DNA of 64,000 bases from Parachlamydiales bacterium (GTDB taxonomy: Bacteria > Chlamydiota > Chlamydiia > Chlamydiales > JAFEGQ01): positions 5,690 to 69,689 of the forward strand of contig JBFWPF010000005.1 of assembly GCA_050250135.1 (NCBI GenBank), read 5' to 3'. The position numbers and the translations under genes are program-made. Every line of letters begins with the position of its first letter. Position 1 is the first letter of the stretch. Under the pieces are notes generated by a model that was not told the origin of the DNA, ran no database searches, and saw nothing but the letters and a program-made list of their open reading frames with translations. This document shows, piece by piece, positions 38,609-47,194 of this stretch.

Positions 38609-38988
38609 GGCTGCCAGTAGGCCCTGATGTAGTTGCCGCCGACAGCGGCTGTGACCAGGATAAGAGCACCTAGTCGGGTTGGTAGGTCGATAGGCATCAA
38701 GAAACTAGAGATAAGTAGAGCGAGGGAACCACACCGAAAAAAGGGTTGCATGTGCGCCCGGTCGGCCAGGCCCGGAAAGGAGCGGTAAAGCACGCTACCA
38801 AGTAGGTCCGCACCAGTGGCAATAGCAATCGAGGTAGGCAACCACCTTTGAAGGTGGGCGGCATTGTTCCAATAGGAGAGTCCAACCGTAAGGAATCCAA
38901 GTGCCCCTATTCCCAACTTAATAGGAGCGAGCTGTTCCCCTTCCGGCTTTAAGGTCAGCACAGGGCCAAAGACACCTATATTCTCCAT
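38605..38988 (-). CDS. Small hypothetical multi-pass membrane protein
   Basis: 127 aa from ATG 38988 with a purine-rich SD; about four hydrophobic segments. Confidence 0.6.
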   Translation of the reverse strand: MENIGVFGPVLTLKPEGEQLAPIKLGIGALGFLTVGLSYWNNAAHLQRWLPTSIAIATGADLLGSVLYRSFPGLADRAHMQPFFRCGSLALLISSFLMPIDLPTRLGALILVTAAVGGNYIRAYWQP

Positions 38989-39048
38989 GACATTGCCTCT
39001 TCCTTTGTGAACAGTGTACGATGAACATCCCTTTGAGGTAAAGACCAA

Positions 39049-39627
39049 TTGTTTGACAGTACGCTATTTAGCAACACAAAGGCGGGCTACCTCCCTCGTG
39101 TGACCTTCTATGATGCTGAGGCGGAGCGGTATGCCGGGGCCCTGTGGCGGAAGCGAGGGCGGGATCCCGAGCGGGAGTGGCTCGGCGCCTTCCACGGCCC
39201 CGATCTGCAGGCAGGGCGGGTCGCCCCCCTCACCGTCCGCTACATCGACGAGCGGCTCGGGCATGGCGTCTTCTCTGAGGCCCCCCTGGCAAAAGGGGAC
39301 TACGTCGGGGTCTATACCGGCATCCTGATCCGGCGGGACCTGCTCAGAAAGCGGGTCAACGACTACTGCTTCCGCTATCCCGTTGAGGCTTATTCGCTTA
39401 GGCCTCTTATGATCGATGCGGGTCAGCAGGGGAATGAGATGCGCTTTGTGAACCACAGCGACCGCCCCAATTGTGAGACGATCGGGGTCCCCTACCGGGG
39501 GCTGGTCTACCTCCTTGTCCGCGCCGCCGCCCCCATCGCCAAAGGAGAGCAGCTCACCATCGATTACGGCCCCGCCTACTGGCGCCACCGAAAACGGCGC
39601 GCAAAGCTCTCAAATATAGTAACTTAA
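39049..39627 (+). CDS. SET-domain protein-lysine methyltransferase
   Basis: G.GVF, YTG, RFVNHS..PN and EQLTIDYG..YW motifs. Confidence 0.92.
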   Translation: MFDSTLFSNTKAGYLPRVTFYDAEAERYAGALWRKRGRDPEREWLGAFHGPDLQAGRVAPLTVRYIDERLGHGVFSEAPLAKGDYVGVYTGILIRRDLLRKRVNDYCFRYPVEAYSLRPLMIDAGQQGNEMRFVNHSDRPNCETIGVPYRGLVYLLVRAAAPIAKGEQLTIDYGPAYWRHRKRRAKLSNIVT

Positions 39628-39683
39628 TTTTTGTTGTGGATAGATTGAATTTGGTGTATCTAAAGAGTTAGGAGGGTGTACAT

Positions 39684-39830
39684 ATGGCGAACCCCAAGAA
39701 GGCTCGAAAGACTAAGATGCACAAGCCCAAGAAGGTAAAGGCGCAGACGGCGGCCTCATGGCGCCGAGAGGTGAGGGAAAAGTACGGGAAGGAGCCCCAC
39801 GCCCGCCCCACCCCCCAAGAGCACTCCTAG
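39684..39830 (+). CDS. Small Lys/Arg-rich protein (48 aa, not in ORF track)
   Basis: AGGAGG SD; MANPKKARKTKMHKPKKVKAQTAASWRREVREKYGKEPHARPTPQEHS*. Confidence 0.7.
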   Translation: MANPKKARKTKMHKPKKVKAQTAASWRREVREKYGKEPHARPTPQEHS

Positions 39831-39888
39831 ACATTTACATTTATGAGGCAAATAGGTCATTGTAGGCTCCACTATTAGGGAGGAAACC

Positions 39889-40296
39889 ATGACCAAAGTG
39901 GTTCTGAAAATGGGGGCTAATCTCCGATCGGAGGGGGGTGTCCCAGGCGCACCGGCCGTTGTGGCCGATGGCCCCAAGGCCTACGGAGGGCTCGAAGAGG
40001 TGATGGGGCCGACCGACCTCTTTGCCTTTTCCCTGGGGGCCTGCATCCTCACCATGATGGGGATCAAGGCGGGCCAGCTCAAGCTCGATCTGGGGGAGGT
40101 GGTCGCCGAGGTCGAGAAGAAGATGGTGATGAAGCCCAAGCTGATGGTCGGGAAGTTTGTGATCCGGGTCTCGGTGCCAGGAGCTGTCCCCGAGGAGGCG
40201 CGAGGGGCCCTTGAAGCGATCGCGCGCGACTGCCCAATCTTTCTGAGCCTGGGGCCAAGCGTTGAGAAGGAGCTCACCTTTGAATGGGCCAGCTAA
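39889..40296 (+). CDS. OsmC/YhfA family protein
   Basis: D.P...GG....GP.DL...SLGAC and a second Cys in CPI..SL; GGAGG SD. Confidence 0.88.
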   Translation: MTKVVLKMGANLRSEGGVPGAPAVVADGPKAYGGLEEVMGPTDLFAFSLGACILTMMGIKAGQLKLDLGEVVAEVEKKMVMKPKLMVGKFVIRVSVPGAVPEEARGALEAIARDCPIFLSLGPSVEKELTFEWAS

Positions 40297-40985
40297 TCGC
40301 CATCATCCAGGCGCGGATGGGGTCGAGGCGCCTTCCGGGCAAGGTGCTGCGAGAGGTGGGGGGAGAGCCCCTGCTGGGCCACATGCTCAGCCGAGTGGCG
40401 AAGGCCCGCTCTCTCGATGGCTATGGGGTAGCGACAACCGATAGGGAGAGCGACGATCCGGTCGCAGCCTTTTGCGAGGAGCGGGGTGTTCCCTGCTATA
40501 GGGGCTCAGAAAAGGATGTCCTAAAGCGCTACGTGGGCGCGGCCGAGCACTTTGGGGCCGAGGCCATTGTCCGCCTAACAGCCGATTGCCCCCTCATCGA
40601 CCCCCTCATCCTCGACCAGGTCGCCACCTATTTTCAGGCCCACGATTTCGACTACGTCTCCAACACCCAGGACCGCTCCTACCCCCGAGGGATGGATGTT
40701 GAGGTCTTTTCTCGGGCGGCCCTCGAGCAGGCCGCCGAGGAGGCGGTCGACCCCTACGACCGGGAACATGTGACCTCCTATCTTTACAACAAGCAGGGGC
40801 GGTTTCGGGTGGGAAGGCTGGAGATGCGGCTGACCGTTGACCATGAGGCCGATCTCGAGTTGATCGGGCGACTTCTCGGAAAATTGGAGGGGCGCGATTA
40901 TCGGCTAGCCGATATTGTGAGCCTGTTGCAGACCCATCCCGAATGGGTCTCGATCAACGGCCATTTGATTCAGGAAGAGGGATGA
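40284..40985 (+). CDS. SpsF/PseF-like nonulosonate cytidylyltransferase family protein
   Basis: IIQARMGS.RLPGKVL, RGSE.DVL.RY, VRLTADCP, REHVT and RLTVD motifs. Confidence 0.88.
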   Translation: MGQLIAIIQARMGSRRLPGKVLREVGGEPLLGHMLSRVAKARSLDGYGVATTDRESDDPVAAFCEERGVPCYRGSEKDVLKRYVGAAEHFGAEAIVRLTADCPLIDPLILDQVATYFQAHDFDYVSNTQDRSYPRGMDVEVFSRAALEQAAEEAVDPYDREHVTSYLYNKQGRFRVGRLEMRLTVDHEADLELIGRLLGKLEGRDYRLADIVSLLQTHPEWVSINGHLIQEEG

Positions 40986-42001
40986 GCGTCTTTGTTATCG
41001 CCGAGGCGGGCAGCAACTGGCGGATGGGGGCCCCGAAACGGGATCTCCAGATGGCAAAAATGCTGATTGATATTGCAGCTGAGGCGGGGGCCGATGCGGT
41101 CAAATTTCAGGTCTTCCGAGCAGGGACCATCTACGCAGCCGGGTCGGGGGCCTGCTCCCACCTGAAGGAGAAGGGGGTAGGGGAGCCGATTGGGAAGGTC
41201 TTTGAGGACCTCGAAATGCCGGCCGAAATGATCCCCGAGCTAGCAGCCCATTGCCAAGAGAGGGGAGTAGCCTTTATGGCCTCAGCCTTCTCGGAGGAGA
41301 CCTTCCGCCTTGTCGACCCGTACGTTGCGCTCCACAAGATCGCCTCGCCCGAGCTCCATGACCTCTCCCTGCTGAAGCTGGCGGCCGGGTCGGGCAAGGC
41401 AACCCTCCTCTCAACTGGCCTCTCCACCCTGGAAGAGATCGGCTGGGCGGCAGGTCACTTCAAGGAAAATATTACCCTTCTGCAGTGTACCGTTCAGTAC
41501 CCGACCGATCCCGCCTCAGCTAACCTCCTCGCCATGCAGACCCTTGCCGAGACCTTTGGGCTCCCGGTCGGCCTGTCCGATCATACCCGCGATCCGATCA
41601 TTGCCCCGGTCTCAGCTGTGGCCTTGGGAGCCCAGGTGATCGAGAAGCACTTCACGGTCCATAACCGTCTGGTCGGCCCCGACCACAGTTGGGCGATAAC
41701 GGGTGAGGAGCTGGCCCAGATGGTGAGGGCGATCCGCCTTGCTGAGCAGATGAGGGGAGATGGAGAGAAGGCCATACTCCCAGTAGAGGAGCCGCTGCGC
41801 CGCTTCTCCCGCCGCTCGTTGCAAGCCCTTTGCCCCATCCCAAAAGGGACCCCCTTGCAATTAGGGGCCAATGTTGCCATTCTGCGGCCAGGTACACAGT
41901 CCCAGGGGCTCGCCCCCCGCCTCGCCTCAAAAATTGAGGGAAGGCGAGCCCTGCGCGATATTGAGGCGGGGTCTGGGATCACAGAGCAGGACATTGCATG
42001 A
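40982..42001 (+). CDS. N-acetylneuraminate synthase family (NeuB/SpsE/PseI) with C-terminal SAF domain
   Basis: FVIAEAG.N, GADAVKFQ, KIAS, LSTG, VGLSDHT, IEKHFT and LRPG motifs. Confidence 0.92.
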   Translation: MSVFVIAEAGSNWRMGAPKRDLQMAKMLIDIAAEAGADAVKFQVFRAGTIYAAGSGACSHLKEKGVGEPIGKVFEDLEMPAEMIPELAAHCQERGVAFMASAFSEETFRLVDPYVALHKIASPELHDLSLLKLAAGSGKATLLSTGLSTLEEIGWAAGHFKENITLLQCTVQYPTDPASANLLAMQTLAETFGLPVGLSDHTRDPIIAPVSAVALGAQVIEKHFTVHNRLVGPDHSWAITGEELAQMVRAIRLAEQMRGDGEKAILPVEEPLRRFSRRSLQALCPIPKGTPLQLGANVAILRPGTQSQGLAPRLASKIEGRRALRDIEAGSGITEQDIA

Positions 42002-42648
42002 GCCCAACCCCTTTGAAGGCCCTCTTTCTGGATTTTGACGGCACCATCGCCGATAGCCTTAACCTCCTCTACCGGGTCTATTGCGAATTTCTCAATCACT
42101 ACGGAAAAAAGGGGAGCCCCGAAGAGTTTGCTGAGCTCAACGGCCCCGCCATGTCGGAGGTCCTCCAGATCCTCAAGGAGCGGCACGGGATCAATGGAAA
42201 CGCAAGTGAATTATTTGGTGACTACCAGAAAAAGCTCCTCCAGATCTATGCCGAGCAGGTTGAGCCCTATGAGGGGACGATCCCCTTTCTCGATGAGATT
42301 GCCGACCGGAAGATTGCCTGTTACATCGTGACTTCCGCCTCGGCCCCCCTTGTGGAGGCCTTTCTCACCCGCCATGCCCTCACCCCCAAGATTCAAGAGG
42401 TGATCACCCCGCACGGCCTCTCCCGCTCCAAGCCCGATCCCGGTATCTACCTGCGGGCCTTGGCTAGGAGTGGCGCAAAGCCTACCGATGTGATTGCCGT
42501 CGAGGACTCCCATAACGGGATACTGGCGGCGACCAGGGCTGGTATTCCTACTGTGGCGATTGGGCATGAGAGCCGTCCTGACATCGCCACCTCTGGGGTG
42601 ATCTGTCACGCCGCCTGCTGGGAAGAGGTTCTTCCATTATGTCACTGA
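41998..42648 (+). CDS. HAD family phosphatase
   Basis: DFDGT..DS, VTS, KPDP and EDS.NG motifs. Confidence 0.9.
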   Translation: MSPTPLKALFLDFDGTIADSLNLLYRVYCEFLNHYGKKGSPEEFAELNGPAMSEVLQILKERHGINGNASELFGDYQKKLLQIYAEQVEPYEGTIPFLDEIADRKIACYIVTSASAPLVEAFLTRHALTPKIQEVITPHGLSRSKPDPGIYLRALARSGAKPTDVIAVEDSHNGILAATRAGIPTVAIGHESRPDIATSGVICHAACWEEVLPLCH

Positions 42649-43670
42649 GAATTCTCCTCCTCCCCCCTGGTACTCCGGCTATTCGGGGAACGGTGCGGAT
42701 GGTGCGGGAAAATCCCGATGAGTGCTCGGTTCTTGTGTACAGCGCTGATGCTGACCCCTCCCCCTTTTCCCTCTCCCTCTTCGACAACTACTTCAAGGTC
42801 CCCCCTCTCCACGACCCCGCTTACATTCCTGCGGTGCTTCACCTTTGTCAGCGGGAGGGGATAGACCTGATCCTGTTCCATCATGATGAAGAGACCGCTC
42901 TCTACATGGCCCATCAAGAGGCTTTTGAAGCCATCGGGACCCGCCTTGTGGCCTCCCCTCACCAGGCGGTCAAGACCGCCACCCACAAGGCCCATCTCTA
43001 TGAAGCTTTGGGGAGGGAGGGGATCCCCCTTCCGCGCTACGAGCTTGTCACCGCAGAAAACTGTGAGGAGGTGGCGGTGGCCTTGGGCTATCCCGACCAT
43101 GACCTGATCGTCAAGCCCCCGAACTGCTGGGGAGCAAACGGGGTCTACCAGCTTACCGCCCGCCCCCTTCCCTGGGATCAGCGCCTTCGCCTCCCGATGA
43201 TCACCCTCCCGCAGCTTAAGGCGAGCCTCGACCGCCCGGTCCTCATGCTCGAGTACTTGCCCGGTGCGGAGTACTCGGTCGATGCTTTTCTCGGCTCGCA
43301 AGTGGCCATTGCCCTTCCTCGGCGGCGTGACCGCATTGTGGGGGGGCTTGCGATTCAAACCACCCTAGAAGATCAACCTGAATTAGCAGAGCTTACCCTA
43401 AAGGCTGGCCGGGCGCTTGGCCTGCGCTATGTCTATGGGATGCAGTTTAAGTGTGACAGTGAGGGGAGGCCCCGCCTCCTCGAGTGCAATCCGCGGATTC
43501 AGGGGAGCTCCGTTGCCTCGTGGGGGAGTGGGCTCAATCTGATTTGGCTTGCGGTGCGCGAGGCTCTTGGCGAGCCTCCCGCCGACCTTCCCCGCCCCCT
43601 TCATGGGGCGACCTACGCCCGCCATTGGGGAGGAGTTGTCACCGCCGGAGACCGCTCCTGGGAGGTTTAA
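42639..43670 (+). CDS. ATP-grasp protein (stand-alone CarB-like)
   Basis: IVKP...GA.G, EYLPGAEYSVD and LECNPR..G motifs. Confidence 0.85.
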   Translation: MSLRILLLPPGTPAIRGTVRMVRENPDECSVLVYSADADPSPFSLSLFDNYFKVPPLHDPAYIPAVLHLCQREGIDLILFHHDEETALYMAHQEAFEAIGTRLVASPHQAVKTATHKAHLYEALGREGIPLPRYELVTAENCEEVAVALGYPDHDLIVKPPNCWGANGVYQLTARPLPWDQRLRLPMITLPQLKASLDRPVLMLEYLPGAEYSVDAFLGSQVAIALPRRRDRIVGGLAIQTTLEDQPELAELTLKAGRALGLRYVYGMQFKCDSEGRPRLLECNPRIQGSSVASWGSGLNLIWLAVREALGEPPADLPRPLHGATYARHWGGVVTAGDRSWEV

Positions 43671-43832
43671 CACCTGATAGCGATCTATCGTTCTGAGGGG
43701 GCGGCAGGGGGTGTTCGGATGGCGCACATCGCGACGAGGCCGGGTTTGTAAACCCGGGTAAGGAGGGATGGGCTCCAGATGACCGCCTACTGTCGATGCC
43801 CTCAGAACGATAGGTCGCAATCAGGGGTTTAA
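43666..43832. repeat. Palindromic element, copy 4 (167 bp, inverted relative to copy 3)
   Basis: Arms CCTGATAGCGATCTATCGTTCTGAGGG/CCCTCAGAACGATAGGTCGCAATCAGG; centre GACGA-..CCGGGTTT-gt-AAACCCGG-..AGGAG. Confidence 0.92.
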
Positions 43833-43838
43833 TCCCTT

Positions 43839-44330
43839 TTAGAAACCAACGCCAAAGGTAAGGGTAGCGGCGGGCTGTCGGTAGATCACCGTTGGGCTAC
43901 CCGTTGGGATAGCGGGCTGATGGATCCCTGCCTCGACAAAGGCCAGGACCCGGGTGTGGGTGATCAAGGCATACCCGATTACCCCCTCGCCAAAGAGGCC
44001 AACAAAGTTATGCCCCTCGTTCTTCAGCCGGCCATAGCCGAGTCCAAGCCCCCCGTAGAGGCTGTGCTTCCATCCGGGGGTGAGGAAGAAGAGAAAGAGC
44101 CCCTTACCAAGGATCAGGTGGTCGCTTCCTGAGTGTTCGATGTAGTCGACGCTCAGGTCGACGCCGCTATGGCCGGTAACCACCCGGATCCCCCCTCCAG
44201 CGGCTACCCCGGGATCGGTGTGGGGAGCCTCAAGTGTGCCCGCCCCCAATTTTCCGTACCGGTAGCTGAACCAATTTTCGTCAGCAAAGCTAGCTGTGGT
44301 CAGAGCGAGGAGGAGGAGGAGCTTTTTCAT
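43839..44330 (-). CDS. Small outer-membrane beta-barrel-like protein
   Basis: Signal peptide MKKLLLLLALTTASFA; Gly/aromatic alternating strands (YGGLGLGYG); terminal GVGF. Confidence 0.72.
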   Translation of the reverse strand: MKKLLLLLALTTASFADENWFSYRYGKLGAGTLEAPHTDPGVAAGGGIRVVTGHSGVDLSVDYIEHSGSDHLILGKGLFLFFLTPGWKHSLYGGLGLGYGRLKNEGHNFVGLFGEGVIGYALITHTRVLAFVEAGIHQPAIPTGSPTVIYRQPAATLTFGVGF

Positions 44331-45010
44331 CAAAAACCTATTCCGAGTTCAAGGGTTATCGGGAGGAGTATACCATTTTCCCGGAAACAGGGAAGCTTTG
44401 CGTCGAGCTCGACGAAGAAAAGTCGCACGGCCCCCTTTTCCCATCTCCATTGGAGGCCACCAGCGCAGTTAATGAGAGCGCCGCTGAACCGATCGGCCAC
44501 CGTTCCCTTGAGCATAAAACCCCCAATCCCGGCGCCGAGGTAGGGGGTGCAGCGGTAGTGGGGTGTCAGGTAGAGAAGCCCCATCCCCCGTCCGTAGAGG
44601 AGGGTGAGCTGTTCGACACTTTGGTCCCCAAAGGCCTGGTTGTGGTGAAGTATGCCCGCCGACAGATCCCAGCCGAAACACCCCCCTTTGGCGCTGCGGA
44701 CCCCAAGGCCAGCGGAGATCACCGGATCGAGCGCCTCCGGGTGGAAGGAGAGGGTCCCGCCGCCCCCTTTTACGTAGGCAAAGCGCCCCTCTCCCCATGC
44801 GAGAGGAGAGGCCAGGAGAAAGAGGGCTACAAGGCACGCCCTTAAAAAGTTATAGCGTCGCCCTCTTGCTGCATCGGCCACCTTGTTGATCTCGCTCCTC
44901 ACCCATAGCGCTTTGGCTATGGGCTTCGTCGCGATTTCAATAATCTGGCTCGATTCGCTAAGAGGCCGCCTGCTATAACTTTTTGAGGACGTACCTAACA
45001 AGTACTTCAT
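44330..45010 (-). CDS. Outer-membrane beta-barrel-like paralog carrying an in-frame palindromic insert
   Basis: PYLGAGIGG and terminal GIGF; about 52 aa encoded by palindrome copy 5 lie between MKYLLG and CLVALFLLASPLAWG. Confidence 0.72.
   Translation of the reverse strand: MKYLLGTSSKSYSRRPLSESSQIIEIATKPIAKALWVRSEINKVADAARGRRYNFLRACLVALFLLASPLAWGEGRFAYVKGGGGTLSFHPEALDPVISAGLGVRSAKGGCFGWDLSAGILHHNQAFGDQSVEQLTLLYGRGMGLLYLTPHYRCTPYLGAGIGGFMLKGTVADRFSGALINCAGGLQWRWEKGAVRLFFVELDAKLPCFRENGILLPITLELGIGF
44835..44993. repeat. Palindromic element, copy 5 (159 bp, inside a CDS)
   Basis: Arms ACGCCCTTAAAAAGTTATAGC/GCTATAACTTTTTGAGGACGT; centre CTCCTC-aCCCATAGC-gctttg-GCTATGGG-ctTCGTC. Confidence 0.9.
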
Positions 45011-45087
45011 CGGGCTACCTTGGCAAACTAAAGGGAAACAACGTTAGCCCTAGCGACGCATAATGTCAACCGAGCCATAATGGGGGG

Positions 45088-45990
45088 ATGAAGTCGGCCG
45101 ACCCGAATGCCTTTCTCGCTCTCAAGGAGTTGCCCCCCCTGACTCTGATCACGGGGGGCTCGCCCTATGACCGCGAGGGGCTGTTGCGCAAACAGGGGCT
45201 CTCCGGCGGCCTCTCATGCGATGAGTTGAGCCCTAAGCGGCTGGCCGAAGAGCTCTCGAGCGGCTCTCTATTTTCCCAAAGAAGAACCCTCCTCCTGCGC
45301 CGCCTCTCCCACCTCAGCGAGGAGGGGAGTGGGCTGCTCGTGACCTACTGCGAGCGGCCAGGCCCCGAGCTGCGGGTGGTGGCTGAGGGGGAGAGCTGCC
45401 CGGCGGGCCTTGCGGCAAGCGCGGGCCTTCACCTCGACCTAGGAAAGCTCCCCCCTTGGGAGGAGGAGCGGGCCGTTGTCAGCTGGCTACAGAAGGAGGG
45501 GAACCTGCCCCCTCAACTGGCGGCTCTTTTGGTCGAGCGGGCCTCTCCTGACAAGGAGCGCCTCGCCCTCGAACTCGAAAAGCTCCGCCTCCACGGGGGC
45601 CCCGTTACCCGCGAGCTGATCGAGGCTCTCGTCCCCGCCAGCCCCCACGGGTCGGTTTGGGAGGTGGGGCGGGCGATCCTCACCCGCGATCCGAAGCGGG
45701 CAGCTGCTCTACTAGAGGCGATGGGGGAGGGTATCGGTCTCTTTGGGACGCTCGCTGCGCTGAGGAGTCAGTTTGAGACCCACCTCTTAGCCCTCGAAGG
45801 GGGCCCTGCCGATCTCCCCAAGCTAAAGGGGCGGCAGCTGGAGCGGACGGTGGAGCTGGCCAGGCGGTATGGGGGCCCCTCATTGCGGCAGGGGCTCGTT
45901 GCGATCGGCCGGTTAGAGGGGGAGGCCAAGAGGCGGGCGCTCTCTGAGGAGGCCGCCCTCCTCCAGCTCGTTACCGCTCTTGCATCCTGA
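45088..45990 (+). CDS. holA: DNA polymerase III delta subunit-like
   Basis: SGSLFS.R.L, L..ELEKL..H..PVT..I..LV and VW.....I pattern; chlamydial position downstream of pepA. Confidence 0.7.
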   Translation: MKSADPNAFLALKELPPLTLITGGSPYDREGLLRKQGLSGGLSCDELSPKRLAEELSSGSLFSQRRTLLLRRLSHLSEEGSGLLVTYCERPGPELRVVAEGESCPAGLAASAGLHLDLGKLPPWEEERAVVSWLQKEGNLPPQLAALLVERASPDKERLALELEKLRLHGGPVTRELIEALVPASPHGSVWEVGRAILTRDPKRAAALLEAMGEGIGLFGTLAALRSQFETHLLALEGGPADLPKLKGRQLERTVELARRYGGPSLRQGLVAIGRLEGEAKRRALSEEAALLQLVTALAS

Positions 45991-46522
45991 TCTTGAGAAA
46001 TTCGGGGTCGAGGTAGACGGCGCGGAGCTGGTCGAGATCCCCTTCCACCAGGCGGAGAAGGTCGGGATCGGTCACACTGCTCCTCGCCTGCTCGTAGGCC
46101 ACCTGTAGCTCCTGGCTGAGCGCACTGTGGATGGCCTCGAGCGAGCCGCTCCGCTCCTTTTTTAGCCTCACCTCAAGCCGCTGCCGGACGCCCAGAACGA
46201 AGGGGAACCCAAGCCGCTCCTCCAGCATCTCTAAGATATTGGGGAGGCTGTGGATCGCATCCAGCGCCTCAATCTCCTTGGCAAAGGCCCACCTCGTCTC
46301 CTCATCGAGCGGGGTTTGGGGCTGGGGCCCCCCAATCCCAAACTCCCGCTTAGCTCCCAAGAGCGTTTGGTTCACCTGCAAGCTCGCCTCCCTCGCGATC
46401 GGTTCCAGGCCCGCGACATGGCGGACCCTCTTCTCGATCGCCGTCCGGACAGCCGCCTCCAGGGCAGCCTCGATATCTCCCTGGATGAAGGTGACGAGGT
46501 AAAAGATCCGCTCCTTATCCAC
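45971..46522 (-). CDS. Hypothetical helical protein
   Basis: ORF from GTG 46522 with GGGGAG upstream; host-like codon use. Confidence 0.6.
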   Translation of the reverse strand: MDKERIFYLVTFIQGDIEAALEAAVRTAIEKRVRHVAGLEPIAREASLQVNQTLLGAKREFGIGGPQPQTPLDEETRWAFAKEIEALDAIHSLPNILEMLEERLGFPFVLGVRQRLEVRLKKERSGSLEAIHSALSQELQVAYEQARSSVTDPDLLRLVEGDLDQLRAVYLDPEFLKIRMQER

Positions 46523-46562
46523 TTGACGCCCCTCCCCCGAGCTGCTTATCCTGCCTCCATGG

Positions 46563-46720
46563 TACATATTCACGGGGATAGCCCTCTCCCTAGGGGCGCA
46601 GCTCGCAAATCTCTCAGCTTGCAGTCGTCGCCCATAGCTATGGCTATGAGCTCCTCCTTTAAGCCGAGATCTTTACAACCCGCGTCCCCTAATGAGAGGA
46701 CTCCCCCTCGTGAACACGTA
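46563..46720. repeat. Palindromic element, copy 6 (158 bp, TA..TA)
   Basis: Ends TACATATTCACG/CGTGAACACGTA; same subfamily as copy 2, with compensatory arm changes. Confidence 0.93.
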
Positions 46721-46726
46721 CCCTAT

Positions 46727-47194
46727 ATGGCTCTATATACTCTGCCTACTTCCATTCCCAAAAGGGCAAAGGGGTGCACCCTATGCCACGTCCCATTTAA
46801 AATAGGGGAGGAGCTGATCAGCACCCTCGCCAGTGAGACCCGCTCCGACTACTGCCTCTCCTGTTGGAAAGGGGAGGAGGGGGGCTCGGCTTGGCGGGTA
46901 AAGGTCCTCAAGACCAAAAAGGAGAAGGGGGAGCGGTTCCTCGACCTCTTTGAGAGGGGCCTTGCCCTCCTTCGGCGCTACCTCGACGAGGGCGACTCCA
47001 AAGCCTATACCCTCGCCCTCTATCTCCAGCGGCAGGGGGCCCTCCAAAAGCTCAAGGCGCTCCGGACCAAGGAGCCCAAGGTCCTCTTTGAGGTGATCGA
47101 AACGGGGGAGACCCTGGCGATCCCCGTAGCTGACCCCACCCCCCCCGGCCCACTCGAGAAGGAGCTGATGGCCGCCCTTACCGATGGACTTTAA
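46727..47194 (+). CDS. Hypothetical CxxC/CxxC zinc-ribbon-like protein
   Basis: CTLCH...F..GE...S and R.DYCLSCW; overlaps the xerD start; start may instead be 46559, reading through copy 6. Confidence 0.7.
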   Translation: MALYTLPTSIPKRAKGCTLCHVPFKIGEELISTLASETRSDYCLSCWKGEEGGSAWRVKVLKTKKEKGERFLDLFERGLALLRRYLDEGDSKAYTLALYLQRQGALQKLKALRTKEPKVLFEVIETGETLAIPVADPTPPGPLEKELMAALTDGL

